DNA of 64,000 nucleotides from an uncultured delta proteobacterium (GTDB lineage: Bacteria; Myxococcota_A; Polyangia; Polyangiales; Houyiibacteriaceae), in the NCBI GenBank assembly GCA_963699755.1, contig CAVOVB010000002.1:352001-416000 (forward strand). The letters are read 5' to 3'. The position numbers and the translations under genes were made by a program. Of the stretch, positions 43,868 through 54,412 are shown piece by piece (the first letter of the stretch is position 1; the number at the start of each line of letters is the position of its first letter). The notes under the pieces are model-generated. The model made no database searches. It saw only the letters and a list, made by a program, of their open reading frames with translations, and was not told the DNA's origin.

Positions 43868-44353
43868 TTAGGAGCCGCCCTTGCCTTGCCACCTGCTCTC
43901 GGTCAGCGTGAGGCCGTCGATCGACTTTCGCGGGACCATCTCTTCATAAGTGCGCTGATAACCGGTTTTGGAGATGCGCCAGATGCCGTCGTCGCCCTTC
44001 TGATACTCATCCTCGTAGAACGCCGCGCCCCGGATGGTCATCTCGAAGCTCGTGTCGATGACGTAGTCCTGCAGGCACCAGCGGCCGGTCGCATGCCGAT
44101 CATCGATGAAGTCAATCTCGGGTTGGCTTACGACGTGGCTCGAATGGAAGCTGTCGGCTCCCATGGCGCCCTGAAGGAACTTCATGATCGCGTCGCGGCT
44201 CTCGAAGGAGAACTTTCCGCCGCCATAGGCCGCTGTGGCGTCCTCGGTGAAGCAATCGCGGAGATCAGCCCACTGCTTCGTATCGAGACAACGCTGGTAT
44301 TTGTACTTCAGGCGTTTGATAGCCTCGAGATCGGCCCAGTTGATGTCCGCCAT
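43868..44353 (-). CDS. SnoaL-like/NTF2 family protein
   Basis: DLEAIKRLKYKYQRCLDTKQW, SSH.V..PEI, YEDEY...WRI. Confidence 0.88.
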   Translation of the reverse strand: MADINWADLEAIKRLKYKYQRCLDTKQWADLRDCFTEDATAAYGGGKFSFESRDAIMKFLQGAMGADSFHSSHVVSQPEIDFIDDRHATGRWCLQDYVIDTSFEMTIRGAAFYEDEYQKGDDGIWRISKTGYQRTYEEMVPRKSIDGLTLTESRWQGKGGS

Positions 44354-44393
44354 CAGGCAACTCTAGGTGGGTTCGACATGGAACGCCATCCGC

Positions 44394-45530
44394 TCAAACG
44401 GTGACCTCGGCAAAGGACGGGTCGCTCGCGAAGCGGGCGACGTGGTGCTCCTGGTCGCCAAAAAGCGCGTTTAGAGCGTACATCCGCTTGAAGTAGAGGC
44501 CGATGTCGTGCTCGTCGGTGACGCCGATGCCGCCGTGGAGCTGGAGCGACTGCTGTGCCACCCAGATTCCGCCTGTCGCAAGCTGGTATTTTGCCGCAGA
44601 CACGTCGCGCCGGCGCGCGCTTGCGTCGTCTTCGTCGACGCGGACCATCGCCGCCATCGAGATCGAGCGCAAGAGCTCGGTTTCAGCATACATGTCGACG
44701 GCGCGATGCTGGAGCGCCTGAAACGAACCGATCTTGACACCGAACTGCTCGCGGGTGCCGAGGTAGTCGACCGTCATTTGAAGCATCGTCGCGGTGATCC
44801 CGACGCCTTCTGCGACAGCCGCCGCGGCTGCGTAGTCCATCGTACGGTCGAGCAGGTCGGCGCCTGCGCCTTCCTCACCCAGACGAGAATCCCCACCCAC
44901 CTCGACTTCGTCGAATCGGATGAAGGCAGCCTTATGACCGTCAATCGTCTTCGCTGCCGTAACGTGTACGCCATCCGCATTACGCGGCACGACGAAAAGC
45001 GTGATGCCGCCAGGAGCCTTCGCCGACACGATCAGCTGATCGGCGTGATGCCCATTGAGAACCCAGACCTTCTCACCGGAGAGCTTATAGCCGTTGCTGT
45101 CTGGCCTTGCCGTCGTATCGACGGAGCTCACGTCGTACCGGCTCTGCGCCTCGGAGTATGCAAGCGCCAAGGTGGTTTCGCCCTCGATCATCGGCGTGAG
45201 GTATGCCTCATGCTGTGCAGCGTTGCCCGCGCGCGCCAAGGTCATCCCACCAAGCACGACCGAAGCTAGATAGGGCTCCGGAACGAGCGTGCTCGCGAGG
45301 CTCTCTAGAATGATGGCACAGTCGATGAAGCTGCCACCAAAGCCACCGACCGACTCGGGGAACGGAACGCCCATCCAACCGAGCTCGCCCATCTTGCGCC
45401 ACACGCCGGGGTCGTAGCCCACGGAGCTGTCACGGAGCTGACGGAACCGAGCGACGGGCGATTCGTTCCTGGCGAAATCGCTGACCGTCTTGGCGAGCAT
45501 TTGTTGATCTTGATCGAGCTCGAAGTCCAT
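44394..45530 (-). CDS. Acyl-CoA dehydrogenase, PimD-like subunit
   Basis: REQFGVKIGSFQALQHR, QLHGGIGVTDE. Confidence 0.92.
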   Translation of the reverse strand: MDFELDQDQQMLAKTVSDFARNESPVARFRQLRDSSVGYDPGVWRKMGELGWMGVPFPESVGGFGGSFIDCAIILESLASTLVPEPYLASVVLGGMTLARAGNAAQHEAYLTPMIEGETTLALAYSEAQSRYDVSSVDTTARPDSNGYKLSGEKVWVLNGHHADQLIVSAKAPGGITLFVVPRNADGVHVTAAKTIDGHKAAFIRFDEVEVGGDSRLGEEGAGADLLDRTMDYAAAAAVAEGVGITATMLQMTVDYLGTREQFGVKIGSFQALQHRAVDMYAETELLRSISMAAMVRVDEDDASARRRDVSAAKYQLATGGIWVAQQSLQLHGGIGVTDEHDIGLYFKRMYALNALFGDQEHHVARFASDPSFAEVTV

Positions 45531-45562
45531 TTCTCGAAATCCTCCTAGATCCGTTTCACCGT

Positions 45563-46741
45563 TCAGCTGCTAGGCAGCTGGAGGATCATCTTTGCGATCA
45601 CGTTGCGTTGAATCTCGTTCGAGCCGCCGTAGATCGTTGCCGCCCGCTCGTAGCAGAAATAGGGGCCTATCGATTCTTCCAAAGGAGGACAGAGGCCCTC
45701 GTTGTACCAGGTGAGAGAGCTCTCCCCCATCACCTCCATGGCAAGCTCGGTGAGCTCTTGGATCAGCTTGGTCCCGACGACTTTGAGGATCGAAGACTCC
45801 GGACCCGGCATTTTCCCCTTCTGCTGGTCGGCCAGCGCCCGGTAGCTAACCATGGTGTGGGCGCGGAACCGCATCTCGAGCCGGGCAATCTTTGCGCGCC
45901 ACACCGGGTCCTCCAACATCGGCCGTCCGTTGACGGTCCTGCTGGCGGCGATGCGCTTCACCTTCTGAAGAGCGTTCTGCGAGGGCCCGATCATCGCGAG
46001 CAAGGTTCGTTCATGACCAAGAAGCGCCTTGGCCATGGTCCAGCCTTGATTGATGCCGCCGACCACGTTCTCCTTTGGCACCTTCACGTTGTCGAAGAAG
46101 GTGTCGCAAAAGGCCGGAGTGTGTCCAAGGGTCAGCATGGGTTTCACCTCCACGCCCGGCGTCTTGAGGTCGATCAAGAGGAAGGTGATCCCGGATTGTT
46201 TCTTCACGGACGGGTCGGTCCGCACCAGGCAGAAGATCCAGTCCGCGTATTGCGCGTACGAGGTCCAGGTCTTCTGACCGTTGACGATGAAGTGATCGCC
46301 CGCGTTCTCGGCCGTCGTGCGGAGCGACGCGAGGTCACTTCCCGAGCCAGGCTCCGAGTAGCCCTGGCACCAGAATTCCTCGCCGCTCAGAATCTTCGGA
46401 AGGAATCGCTTCTTTTGCGCGTCGGTTCCGAAGCTGATGAGCAGGGGGCCGACCATCGATAGACCGAAGACCGAAAGAGGCGGGGCGCCGGCCAGCTCCA
46501 TCTCCTCGTTGAAGATGAAACGCCGGGCGGCATCCCAACCCGTCCCGCCGACTTCCTTGGGCCAATGCGGTGCGGCCCAACCCTTTTTGTGGAGAATGCG
46601 GTGCCAGGTGGCGGAGTCCTCTGGGGTGAACCCTCCTGCTCCGCGCGCCTTTTCGCGCATGTCCTCCGGCATCGCTTTCGGAATCCAGGCGCGAACCTCC
46701 TGGCGGAAAGCCTCTTCTTCTTCGGTGAACGTCAGGTCCAT
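45563..46741 (-). CDS. Acyl-CoA dehydrogenase, PimC-like subunit
   Basis: WCQGYSEPGSGSDLASL, NGQKTWTS, TIYGGSNEIQRNVI. Confidence 0.93.
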   Translation of the reverse strand: MDLTFTEEEEAFRQEVRAWIPKAMPEDMREKARGAGGFTPEDSATWHRILHKKGWAAPHWPKEVGGTGWDAARRFIFNEEMELAGAPPLSVFGLSMVGPLLISFGTDAQKKRFLPKILSGEEFWCQGYSEPGSGSDLASLRTTAENAGDHFIVNGQKTWTSYAQYADWIFCLVRTDPSVKKQSGITFLLIDLKTPGVEVKPMLTLGHTPAFCDTFFDNVKVPKENVVGGINQGWTMAKALLGHERTLLAMIGPSQNALQKVKRIAASRTVNGRPMLEDPVWRAKIARLEMRFRAHTMVSYRALADQQKGKMPGPESSILKVVGTKLIQELTELAMEVMGESSLTWYNEGLCPPLEESIGPYFCYERAATIYGGSNEIQRNVIAKMILQLPSS

Positions 46742-46989
46742 GGCCCTAGAGGTGACACAGACAGCAGCCAAACACCAACCTGTACGAATGCAGGCGAACC
46801 CTGTAGGAACCTTCGCGGCGTTCTCTGGCTCGTACCACCGTTCCGCTGGGCATCATCGTGGGCGAGTGGGCACGCCACCGTGTCGACGAGCATCGCTTCA
46901 AGATGGCGGTCTCAGCGCTCCTCATCGCTGCTGCAATCTCACTGAGCGTACGATATAGTGCGCAGCTGCTCTAGCCCCGGAGAGAACGA

Positions 46990-48744
46990 ATGTACGATCT
47001 TAAAATCGTAGGTGGAACGATCGTCGACGGTAGCGGAAACGAGCGACGCCGCGGCGACGTCGGCATCAAGGATGGTAAGATCGTCGACGTGGGCAAGTGC
47101 GACGGCAGCGCGACCGAGACGATCGACGCAAACGGCGCGATCGTGGCCCCGGGTTTCGTGGACATCCATACGCACTACGACGGGCAAATCAGCTGGGACG
47201 CGGACCTCGCGCCTTCATCGATTCACGGCGTCACCACCTGCGCGATGGGCAGCTGCGGAGTCGGCTTCGCCCCGGTTCGGCCGACCGACCATGCCAAGCT
47301 GGTCGAGCTGATGGAAGGCGTCGAAGACATCCCGGGCACGGCCCTCGCTGAAGGGATCAGCTGGGGCTGGGAGACCTTTCCCGAATACATGGATGTCCTC
47401 GACCGCATGCCGCACACGATCGATTTCCTCGCGCATGTCCCACACGACGCGCTTCGTGTGTACGTGATGGGCGACCGGGCGGTGCACGACGAGGTTGCGA
47501 CTGACGACGACATCGCCCAAATGCGAGGCTTGCTCCGCGAATCTCTCGAAGCGGGCGCGGTCGGTTTCAGTACGGGCCGAAGTGACAATCACCGGAGCGC
47601 GCTCGGCGACTGGACCCCTGCCTCGGAAGCGGGTGGCAGGGAGCTGGCCGGGATCGCGGGGGCGTTCCAAGGGCTGAGCTACGGCGTCTTGCAAGCGGTG
47701 AGCGACTTCAACATCTTGCACGGCGACGATCATTTCGACGCCGAGTGGGGCGTGCTCGAACAAATGCTGGGCGCCGCCGGCGGAAGGCCGATGAGCGTCT
47801 CCACGATGCAGCGTGACCACAGCCCGGAGCAGTGGAAGTGGATCCTCGACCGTGCGTCGCAAGCAAACGAAGCGGGTCATGAGGTCCGCTGCCAGGTGGG
47901 TGCCCGCGGTATCGGAGTGATGTTGGGCCTCCAGGCGACTTTCCATCCCTTCATGGGCTTCCCGAGCTACAAGGCGATCAGCCATCTGCCGTTCGCCGAG
48001 CGCGTGATCGCCATGCGCAACCCGCAGCTGAAGGCCCGCATGATCGCGGAGAAGAGCGAGCCGGTTGCCGGTGACGGCAGCATGCTCCCACCGCTCGCCG
48101 ACTATTTCCTCTCGAATCTCGACATGGTCGCCATGCGCTTGTTTCGGCTAGGCGAGAAGCCCAACTACGAGCCGTCCGCAATGGATAGCTTCGGCGCCGC
48201 CGCGATGGGCCGAGGCGAGCCCGTGCTCGGCCTGATCTACGACGCCATGCTCGAGCAGGAAGGCAAAGCGCTTCTTTACTTTCCCGTCTACAACTACGCA
48301 GGGATGAACCTCGACGTGGTACACGAGATGCTCACCCATCCCCTCGCCCTCCCAGGCTTGAGCGACGGAGGCGCACACGTAGGTACGATCTGTGATGCGA
48401 GCTTCACGACGTTTCTGATGACGCACTGGGCACGCGACCGAGACCACGGCCGAATTCCACTCGAACGCGTCATTCAGATGCAGGCGTACGACACCGCGCG
48501 CTTCCTCGGCTTGAGCGATCGCGGCCTTCTCGCCCGAGGACGGCGTGCCGACATCAACATCATCGACTTCGACAACCTCGAGCTCCTGCCCCCTACAATG
48601 CTCGAGGACTTGCCGGCCGGCGGTCAGCGCCTGATGCAACACGCGAAGGGCTACGTAGCAACCCTGGTGAAAGGCGAGGCCATCACCAGGGACGGCAAGC
48701 TCACGGGCGCGAGACCGGGTCGGCTCGTTCGGGCGGGTCGCTGA
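46990..48744 (+). CDS. N-acyl-D-amino-acid deacylase family amidohydrolase
   Basis: PGFVDIHTHYD, GSCGVGFAP, SDGGAH, RPGRLVR. Confidence 0.9.
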   Translation: MYDLKIVGGTIVDGSGNERRRGDVGIKDGKIVDVGKCDGSATETIDANGAIVAPGFVDIHTHYDGQISWDADLAPSSIHGVTTCAMGSCGVGFAPVRPTDHAKLVELMEGVEDIPGTALAEGISWGWETFPEYMDVLDRMPHTIDFLAHVPHDALRVYVMGDRAVHDEVATDDDIAQMRGLLRESLEAGAVGFSTGRSDNHRSALGDWTPASEAGGRELAGIAGAFQGLSYGVLQAVSDFNILHGDDHFDAEWGVLEQMLGAAGGRPMSVSTMQRDHSPEQWKWILDRASQANEAGHEVRCQVGARGIGVMLGLQATFHPFMGFPSYKAISHLPFAERVIAMRNPQLKARMIAEKSEPVAGDGSMLPPLADYFLSNLDMVAMRLFRLGEKPNYEPSAMDSFGAAAMGRGEPVLGLIYDAMLEQEGKALLYFPVYNYAGMNLDVVHEMLTHPLALPGLSDGGAHVGTICDASFTTFLMTHWARDRDHGRIPLERVIQMQAYDTARFLGLSDRGLLARGRRADINIIDFDNLELLPPTMLEDLPAGGQRLMQHAKGYVATLVKGEAITRDGKLTGARPGRLVRAGR

Positions 48745-48937
48745 GATGGGCGACTTGCACGACTTTGCTAGAGTGGCGTTGTCCTTGATCGCGGTAGACT
48801 TCGACGAGTTCGGCGAGCCCTTGAAGGTCGTCGACGCCCGCAACGGCCCATAGCGCAATCGCCGAGCGCGGCTCTGCATTCCATGCGGAACACGCAGACC
48901 TGGGCTAGGCTTCGCCGCAGCACGAGGAGGCAGGTCC

Positions 48938-49405
48938 ATGGCGATTATACGCTCGTTGATGAAGACCGAGATGGTCACGATAGAGCCCGACGCTCTGGTG
49001 TCGGACGCTGCGCGCCTGATGGCACAGAACCAGGTAGGCGCGGTTCTGGTCGTCGAGGGGGGCGCGATGAAAGGCATCGTCTCAGAACGCGATGTGGTGA
49101 CCCGTGTCGTCGCCGAGGGCAAAGACCCGAGCACGACGAAAGTGTCTGAGATCGCGACCACCGCGGTCGTCGATGTAGACGTCGACACCCACGTACGCAA
49201 ATGCGCGGAGCTGCAATTCGCGATGGGCGTGCGACATCTGCCGGTGACGGAGAACGGAAAGCCCGTGGGGATTCTGTCGAGCCGCGATTTCCTCGCCTAC
49301 GTCGTCGAGGGCCTAGAAAAGGTCATCGACAAGATCGGCTACGAGGAAGCGCTTGGTAAAGGCGAAGACCCCTACGACCACATCGGCGGTTCCTACGGCA
49401 AGTGA
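48938..49405 (+). CDS. CBS-domain protein
   Basis: VGAVLVV...GIVSERD; VRHLPV...VGILSSRD. Confidence 0.9.
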   Translation: MAIIRSLMKTEMVTIEPDALVSDAARLMAQNQVGAVLVVEGGAMKGIVSERDVVTRVVAEGKDPSTTKVSEIATTAVVDVDVDTHVRKCAELQFAMGVRHLPVTENGKPVGILSSRDFLAYVVEGLEKVIDKIGYEEALGKGEDPYDHIGGSYGK

Positions 49406-49458
49406 CCCACTGATCGGCGCTGGCGCTCAGATTGGCATGAAGCCACAGTTGTGAAGCT

Positions 49459-51825
49459 GTGAAGGCCCTCGATCGCAAGCTCTTTCGCGAAGTAGCTCGC
49501 CTGCGTGGACAGGCGTTGACCATCGCCGTCGTAGTTGCATCGGGCGTGGCCTGCTACATCGCCCTTCAAAGCGCTTGGCGTGCACTCTACCAATCTCGCG
49601 ACCTCTACTACGAAACGAATCGGTTCGCCGATGTGTTCGTGCACCTGGAGCGAGCCCCGAAGTCGGTAGCCGGTCAAGTCGCGGAGCTCCCGGGGGTGGC
49701 CCAGGCCTATCCTCGAATCGTGGAGCAAGTACGCTTGCCGATGGACGATCTGATTTCGCCTGCGCGAGGTGACCTCATCTCGGTCCCGTCGACGGGGAAG
49801 GCCCCCCTCAATGGCTTGGTCCTTCGTGCGGGGCGCAACCTGGAACCGGGGCGGTACGACGAGGTGCTGATCAATGAGCCATTCGCTGAGGCCCACGGGC
49901 TCGAGCCCGGCGATCAGCTCCGTGCGGTCATCAATGGGAAACTTCGAGAGCTCCTGATCGTCGGACACGCTCTCTCTCCGGAGTACGTGTTTGCAGTCGA
50001 CACTGGCCTGCTCATGCCCGATGACGCGCGCTTCACGCCTTTGTGGATGCTCGAAGATGCGATCGCGGCGGCCTACCAAATGGAGGGGGCCTTCAACGAC
50101 CTGTCCGTGAAGCTCGAACCGGGCGCAAACGAAGATGCCGTCCTGAGCGCAATCGATCGTGTGCTCAAACCCTACGGTGGGCTTGGCGCTATCGTTCGGG
50201 CTCATCAGCTTTCCCATTCGATCCTCACGAGCGAAATACAAGGGATCGAAACACTGGTCATCTTTCTGCCGGGCGTTTTTCTCGGCGTGGCGGCGTTCCT
50301 GTTGAACGTGGTGTTCGGTCGCCTCGTCGCCTTGCAGCGTCCGCAAATCGCCGTGCTCAAAGCGATGGGGTATCGCAACACGACCATCGCCGTGCACTAC
50401 TTCAAGATGGTCGCCGTCATCGTCAGCTTTGGGGCATTGATCGGACTCGGGCTCGGAGTCTGGTTGGGCAAAGGCATGCTCGCGATGTACGCGGAGTTCT
50501 TTCGTCTTCCCCAGTTGCCGCAGCGTGTCGAGCTGACCGTCAGCGCGAACGCGATTCTCTTCAGCCTACTTGCCGGCGCCCTCGGCGCGTCGCTTGCCGT
50601 TCGCGCAGCTGTGCTCCTCCCCCCGGCGGCCGCGATGCGACCTCCGGCACCGGCAACATACAAGACTGCGGCGATCGAGCGCTGGGGGATCACCCACTGG
50701 TTCAATCAGACGACTTTGATGGTGTTCCGCGAAATCTGGCGCCGTCCGGGACGTACGGGCCTTTCTTCCCTCGGCATCGCGCTCGCGCTTTCGATCGTGA
50801 TCCTCGGGCGATTTGGGTACGACGCGTACGGTCCGATGATGATGGTTCAGTTCGAGCGGCAGCAGCGTGAGGACCTCACGGTGAGCTTCGTCGACGCGAT
50901 GCCCCAGCGGAGTCTCGGCTACCTGGCTCACGTACCGGGTGTCGAAGAGGTCGAAGGGATACGGTCGACCGCGGTGCGGATGCGATCGGGCCATCGCTGG
51001 CGGGACACGGTCCTCTTGGGCATTTCCGAGGGCGCTCGGCTACGCCAGCTTTTCGACCTCGACTTCAAGCACGTTCCCATCCCCAACGAAGGAGTTCTTC
51101 TCACCAGCGTTCTGGCAGACATCCTGGGGGTCAAAGAGGGAGACGTGATCGAGATCGAGCTCAAAGAAGGCGACCGCGGCAATCGCGAGCTCACGGTCGC
51201 TGGCCGCATCGAAGAGGGGTTCGGCCTTCAAGGGTACACGTCGAAGGCGAGCCTCCACCGCTTGCTCCGCGAAGCCCCGCGTTTCTCATCAGCCCTTCTG
51301 CGCATCGATGCACCCGCGGAGAGCGAAGTTCAGTCACGGCTAAACGACATCCCGGCCATCCAGGCGGTGTCGAGAAAGAGAGATGCCATTGCTAGCTTCG
51401 AAAAACAGACCGACAAAACCATGAAGGTGATGACCTTCATCATGACATTGTTCGCAACGGCGATCGCCATCTCCATCGTCTACAACAACGCACGCGTCAG
51501 CGTGTCCATGAGGGGACGGGACTTGGCCACCCTGCGGGTCCTCGGATTTACCCGTGCCGAGATCTCGGCGATTCTCCTCGGTGAGCAGGCCGTCCAAATC
51601 GCGATTGCGATTCCGTTGGGGCTCATCCTCGGAACGCTCGGCGCCAAAGCTTTGATTGCTTCCTGGGCCGACCCGGAGATCTTCCGCATTCCATTCATCA
51701 TTTCGGACCAAACCTACGCCTTTTCCGTCGCGGTAGTCCTCGCCTCGGGTATCGCCAGCGCGCTCTTGGTCCGAAGAAAGCTCGATCGCTTGGACCTGAT
51801 CGGGGTTTTGAAAACGAGAGAGTGA
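49459..51825 (+). CDS. FtsX/MacB-like ABC transporter permease
   Basis: LDRKLFRE, QIAVLKAMGY, DLATLRVLGF, DLIGVLKTRE. Confidence 0.9.
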   Translation: MKALDRKLFREVARLRGQALTIAVVVASGVACYIALQSAWRALYQSRDLYYETNRFADVFVHLERAPKSVAGQVAELPGVAQAYPRIVEQVRLPMDDLISPARGDLISVPSTGKAPLNGLVLRAGRNLEPGRYDEVLINEPFAEAHGLEPGDQLRAVINGKLRELLIVGHALSPEYVFAVDTGLLMPDDARFTPLWMLEDAIAAAYQMEGAFNDLSVKLEPGANEDAVLSAIDRVLKPYGGLGAIVRAHQLSHSILTSEIQGIETLVIFLPGVFLGVAAFLLNVVFGRLVALQRPQIAVLKAMGYRNTTIAVHYFKMVAVIVSFGALIGLGLGVWLGKGMLAMYAEFFRLPQLPQRVELTVSANAILFSLLAGALGASLAVRAAVLLPPAAAMRPPAPATYKTAAIERWGITHWFNQTTLMVFREIWRRPGRTGLSSLGIALALSIVILGRFGYDAYGPMMMVQFERQQREDLTVSFVDAMPQRSLGYLAHVPGVEEVEGIRSTAVRMRSGHRWRDTVLLGISEGARLRQLFDLDFKHVPIPNEGVLLTSVLADILGVKEGDVIEIELKEGDRGNRELTVAGRIEEGFGLQGYTSKASLHRLLREAPRFSSALLRIDAPAESEVQSRLNDIPAIQAVSRKRDAIASFEKQTDKTMKVMTFIMTLFATAIAISIVYNNARVSVSMRGRDLATLRVLGFTRAEISAILLGEQAVQIAIAIPLGLILGTLGAKALIASWADPEIFRIPFIISDQTYAFSVAVVLASGIASALLVRRKLDRLDLIGVLKTRE

Positions 51826-51897
51826 ACGCCGACGTCGCCTGGGACCTGGGCTCAAGAGATGGTCCAGGATCCGGATCGGAGCGGGAAGCGTGGTGTT

Positions 51898-52758
51898 CTA
51901 TATTGGCGCGCTGATCCGCGGCTCTGCCAAAGGTCGTGGCGCGTCGTGCCGCGCGAAATGCTCGCGCAAAGCTGCGTTGAGCTCCCCAGCCTTTTGGAAG
52001 GTCACTCCGTGTCCAGCGTCGTCGAAGCGGAGCACTCGGGAGTTAGGGATGCGCTTGGCAAGCCGGTCGGTCTGCGTTGGACGAATCAAGATGTCCTTGC
52101 CGGGACGGACCAGAAGCGTGGGCACTTCGATTTGCGGCAAACGCGACCCTGTCGAGTGGCGCCACACCGCATGAAGCTGGCCGAGCACCGTTCGAAGCAC
52201 GGGGGGCCGGTCCAAACGTACGCTCAGATGCGCCCGCATCGCGTCCGCACCGATCGATTCGAGGAACTCCGCGGGATAGAGCAAGCGTGGAAGCGATTTC
52301 ATCCGAACCTTGCGGCCCCCGAATAGCCCTTTGAGAAAAAGGCCCATCCCCTTGAAAGTCGGAAGGGAAGCGATTGGGGCGCCATCGTGAGTGGCGATCA
52401 GGGTAAGGCTTCGGCAACGGTCCATCGAACGAAGTGCGATCTCCTGAGCGATCATCCCACCCATCGAAACGCCGACGACGTGGGACCGATCCCAACCGAG
52501 ATCGTCGAGGATCCGAATCGCATCGTCCGCCATTGCCGGGATGGTCCGAAGAAACGGACCAGGATCGCTTTCGCCGACCCCCAAGTGATCGTAGTGGCAG
52601 CAGCGATGGTCCGCTCGAAGCTCGTCCACCTGGGGCCCCCAAACCACGCCCCCCATGCCGAACCCCATGATGAAAAGGACCGGCGGCCCCTCCTGGCCGA
52701 AGGTACGATAGGCCAAGCGGGGCCCGGTTCGCGTAAACGAGGAGCTCAACGCCCCCAC
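51898..52758 (-). CDS. Alpha/beta hydrolase
   Basis: GVSMGG, DAGHG. Confidence 0.9.
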   Translation of the reverse strand: MGALSSSFTRTGPRLAYRTFGQEGPPVLFIMGFGMGGVVWGPQVDELRADHRCCHYDHLGVGESDPGPFLRTIPAMADDAIRILDDLGWDRSHVVGVSMGGMIAQEIALRSMDRCRSLTLIATHDGAPIASLPTFKGMGLFLKGLFGGRKVRMKSLPRLLYPAEFLESIGADAMRAHLSVRLDRPPVLRTVLGQLHAVWRHSTGSRLPQIEVPTLLVRPGKDILIRPTQTDRLAKRIPNSRVLRFDDAGHGVTFQKAGELNAALREHFARHDAPRPLAEPRISAPI

Positions 52759-52774
52759 CCCACCGGCAGCTTCC

Positions 52775-52890
52775 CCGTCACCGTCACCGTCACGGGCGCT
52801 GGCACTGATGCTGGCACTGACATTGGCACTGACACTGGCACTGGCCCTAACACTACAGGGAAAACTAGCACTGGAACTATAACTGTCCCT
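52775..52890. repeat. Degenerate 6/12-bp tandem repeat in divergent intergenic region
   Basis: (CCGTCA)3 then GGCACTGATGCT, GGCACTGACATT, GGCACTGACACT, GGCACTGGCCCT and decaying copies. Confidence 0.75.
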
Positions 52891-52924
52891 GCCCCATACC
52901 TCCTAGCCCCCGGACTCCCCCGCG

Positions 52925-54331
52925 ATGCCCCGCAATTTCTTCGACGACGTCAACCAATACTTCGACGCGGCTTGCCGCCATACCGAGATCTCCCCAGGCA
53001 TCCTCACCCAAGTCCGAGCCTGCAACGCCGTCTACGGGGTTCGGTTTCCGGTTCGACGGGACGACGGAGAAATCGTCGTGGTCGAAGGCTACCGTGCGGA
53101 GCACAGTCATCATCGGCTCCCGACCAAGGGCGGGATTCGCTATTCGCTCGATGTCTCCCAGGATGAGGTCATGGCCCTGTCCGCGCTCATGACCTACAAG
53201 TGCGCGGTCGTCGACGTTCCCTTCGGCGGCGCAAAAGGTGGCGTGTGCGTCGACCCGCGAAACGAGTCCGCATCGTTCTTGGAACGCGTGACGCGACGAT
53301 ACACTAGCGAGCTCATTCGCAAACGCTTCATCGGCCCTGACGTGGACGTGCCGGCACCCGATGTCGGCACGGGTGAACGGGAAATGGACTGGATCTACGA
53401 CACCTACAAGGTCCAAGGACCGGACACCTTGAACGCGCTAGCGTGTGTCACTGGAAAATCCGCCAGCGTGCACGGCGTGGCTGGGCGGCGAGAAGCGACC
53501 GGATTCGGCGCGATCATCGCGCTCGAGCACTTTTTGACCGAAGAGGAAGATGTGAAACCGCTCGGCTTGGAAACCGGGCTAGCAGGTAAGCGGATCATCG
53601 TACCCGGTCTTGGGAAAGTCGGCCTTCACGCGGCCCTCTCCGCCATCGCACGCGATGCGATCATCGTTGGCGTCTCGGTGAGCGACGGTGCGCTCTATGA
53701 TGAAGGCGGGCTCGACGTTGAAGCGGTCGTCCGACACCGCATGGAGACGGGCTCGCTGCGCGGTTTTCCCGGGGCCCGCTACTTGGCCAACCCTGACGCG
53801 ATCCTCGAAGAGGCTTGCGACGTCCTGATTCCTTCCGCGCTCGAGCATCAGATCACCATCGAAAATGCATCGAAGCTCAAGGCAAAGGTGATCGTCGAGG
53901 CGGCGAACGGCCCGGTTTCTCCCGAGGCAGATGCAAGTCTGCGCGAAGCCGGCTGCGTAATTGTCCCCGATATCTACGCGAACGCGGGAGGGGTCGTCGT
54001 CTCGTACTTCGAGTGGATCAAAAACCTCTCGCACGTGAGCTTCGAGCGCATGACCCGCCGCTATCAGCAACTCTCGATCGATCGGCTCCTCCACGTCATC
54101 AGTCGGCTCACCGGGAAGGCCCTCTCTTCCGAAGAGGCTGCGCTGCTTCTCCAGGCGCCGAACGAGATCGACTTCGTCAACACGGCGCTCGAGAACACGA
54201 TGGCAATTTCGTATGAGAAGATTCGCGAGACCTGGAAACGGCGGTCGCTGCCGGACCTTCGGACGTCGGCCTATCTCCACGCAATCGAGTCCGTGGCTAG
54301 CTCCTATTCCCTGGATGGGATCTTCCCGTGA
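52925..54331 (+). CDS. Glu/Leu/Phe/Val dehydrogenase (glutamate dehydrogenase)
   Basis: PTKGGIRY, MTYKCA, PFGGAKGG, DVPAPD, EAANGP, NAGGVVVSYFEW. Confidence 0.94.
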   Translation: MPRNFFDDVNQYFDAACRHTEISPGILTQVRACNAVYGVRFPVRRDDGEIVVVEGYRAEHSHHRLPTKGGIRYSLDVSQDEVMALSALMTYKCAVVDVPFGGAKGGVCVDPRNESASFLERVTRRYTSELIRKRFIGPDVDVPAPDVGTGEREMDWIYDTYKVQGPDTLNALACVTGKSASVHGVAGRREATGFGAIIALEHFLTEEEDVKPLGLETGLAGKRIIVPGLGKVGLHAALSAIARDAIIVGVSVSDGALYDEGGLDVEAVVRHRMETGSLRGFPGARYLANPDAILEEACDVLIPSALEHQITIENASKLKAKVIVEAANGPVSPEADASLREAGCVIVPDIYANAGGVVVSYFEWIKNLSHVSFERMTRRYQQLSIDRLLHVISRLTGKALSSEEAALLLQAPNEIDFVNTALENTMAISYEKIRETWKRRSLPDLRTSAYLHAIESVASSYSLDGIFP

Positions 54332-54412
54332 CCGCGCATGTGCCGAGGCACGGCTGCCGAGGTGCATCGACGTCGATCGGCGGCCCCTTGATATCGATGA
54401 CTCGGGGCCTGA

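Noticed and set aside
52775..52890. CRISPR array
   Set aside because: 12-bp units without unique spacers; no cas genes in the window
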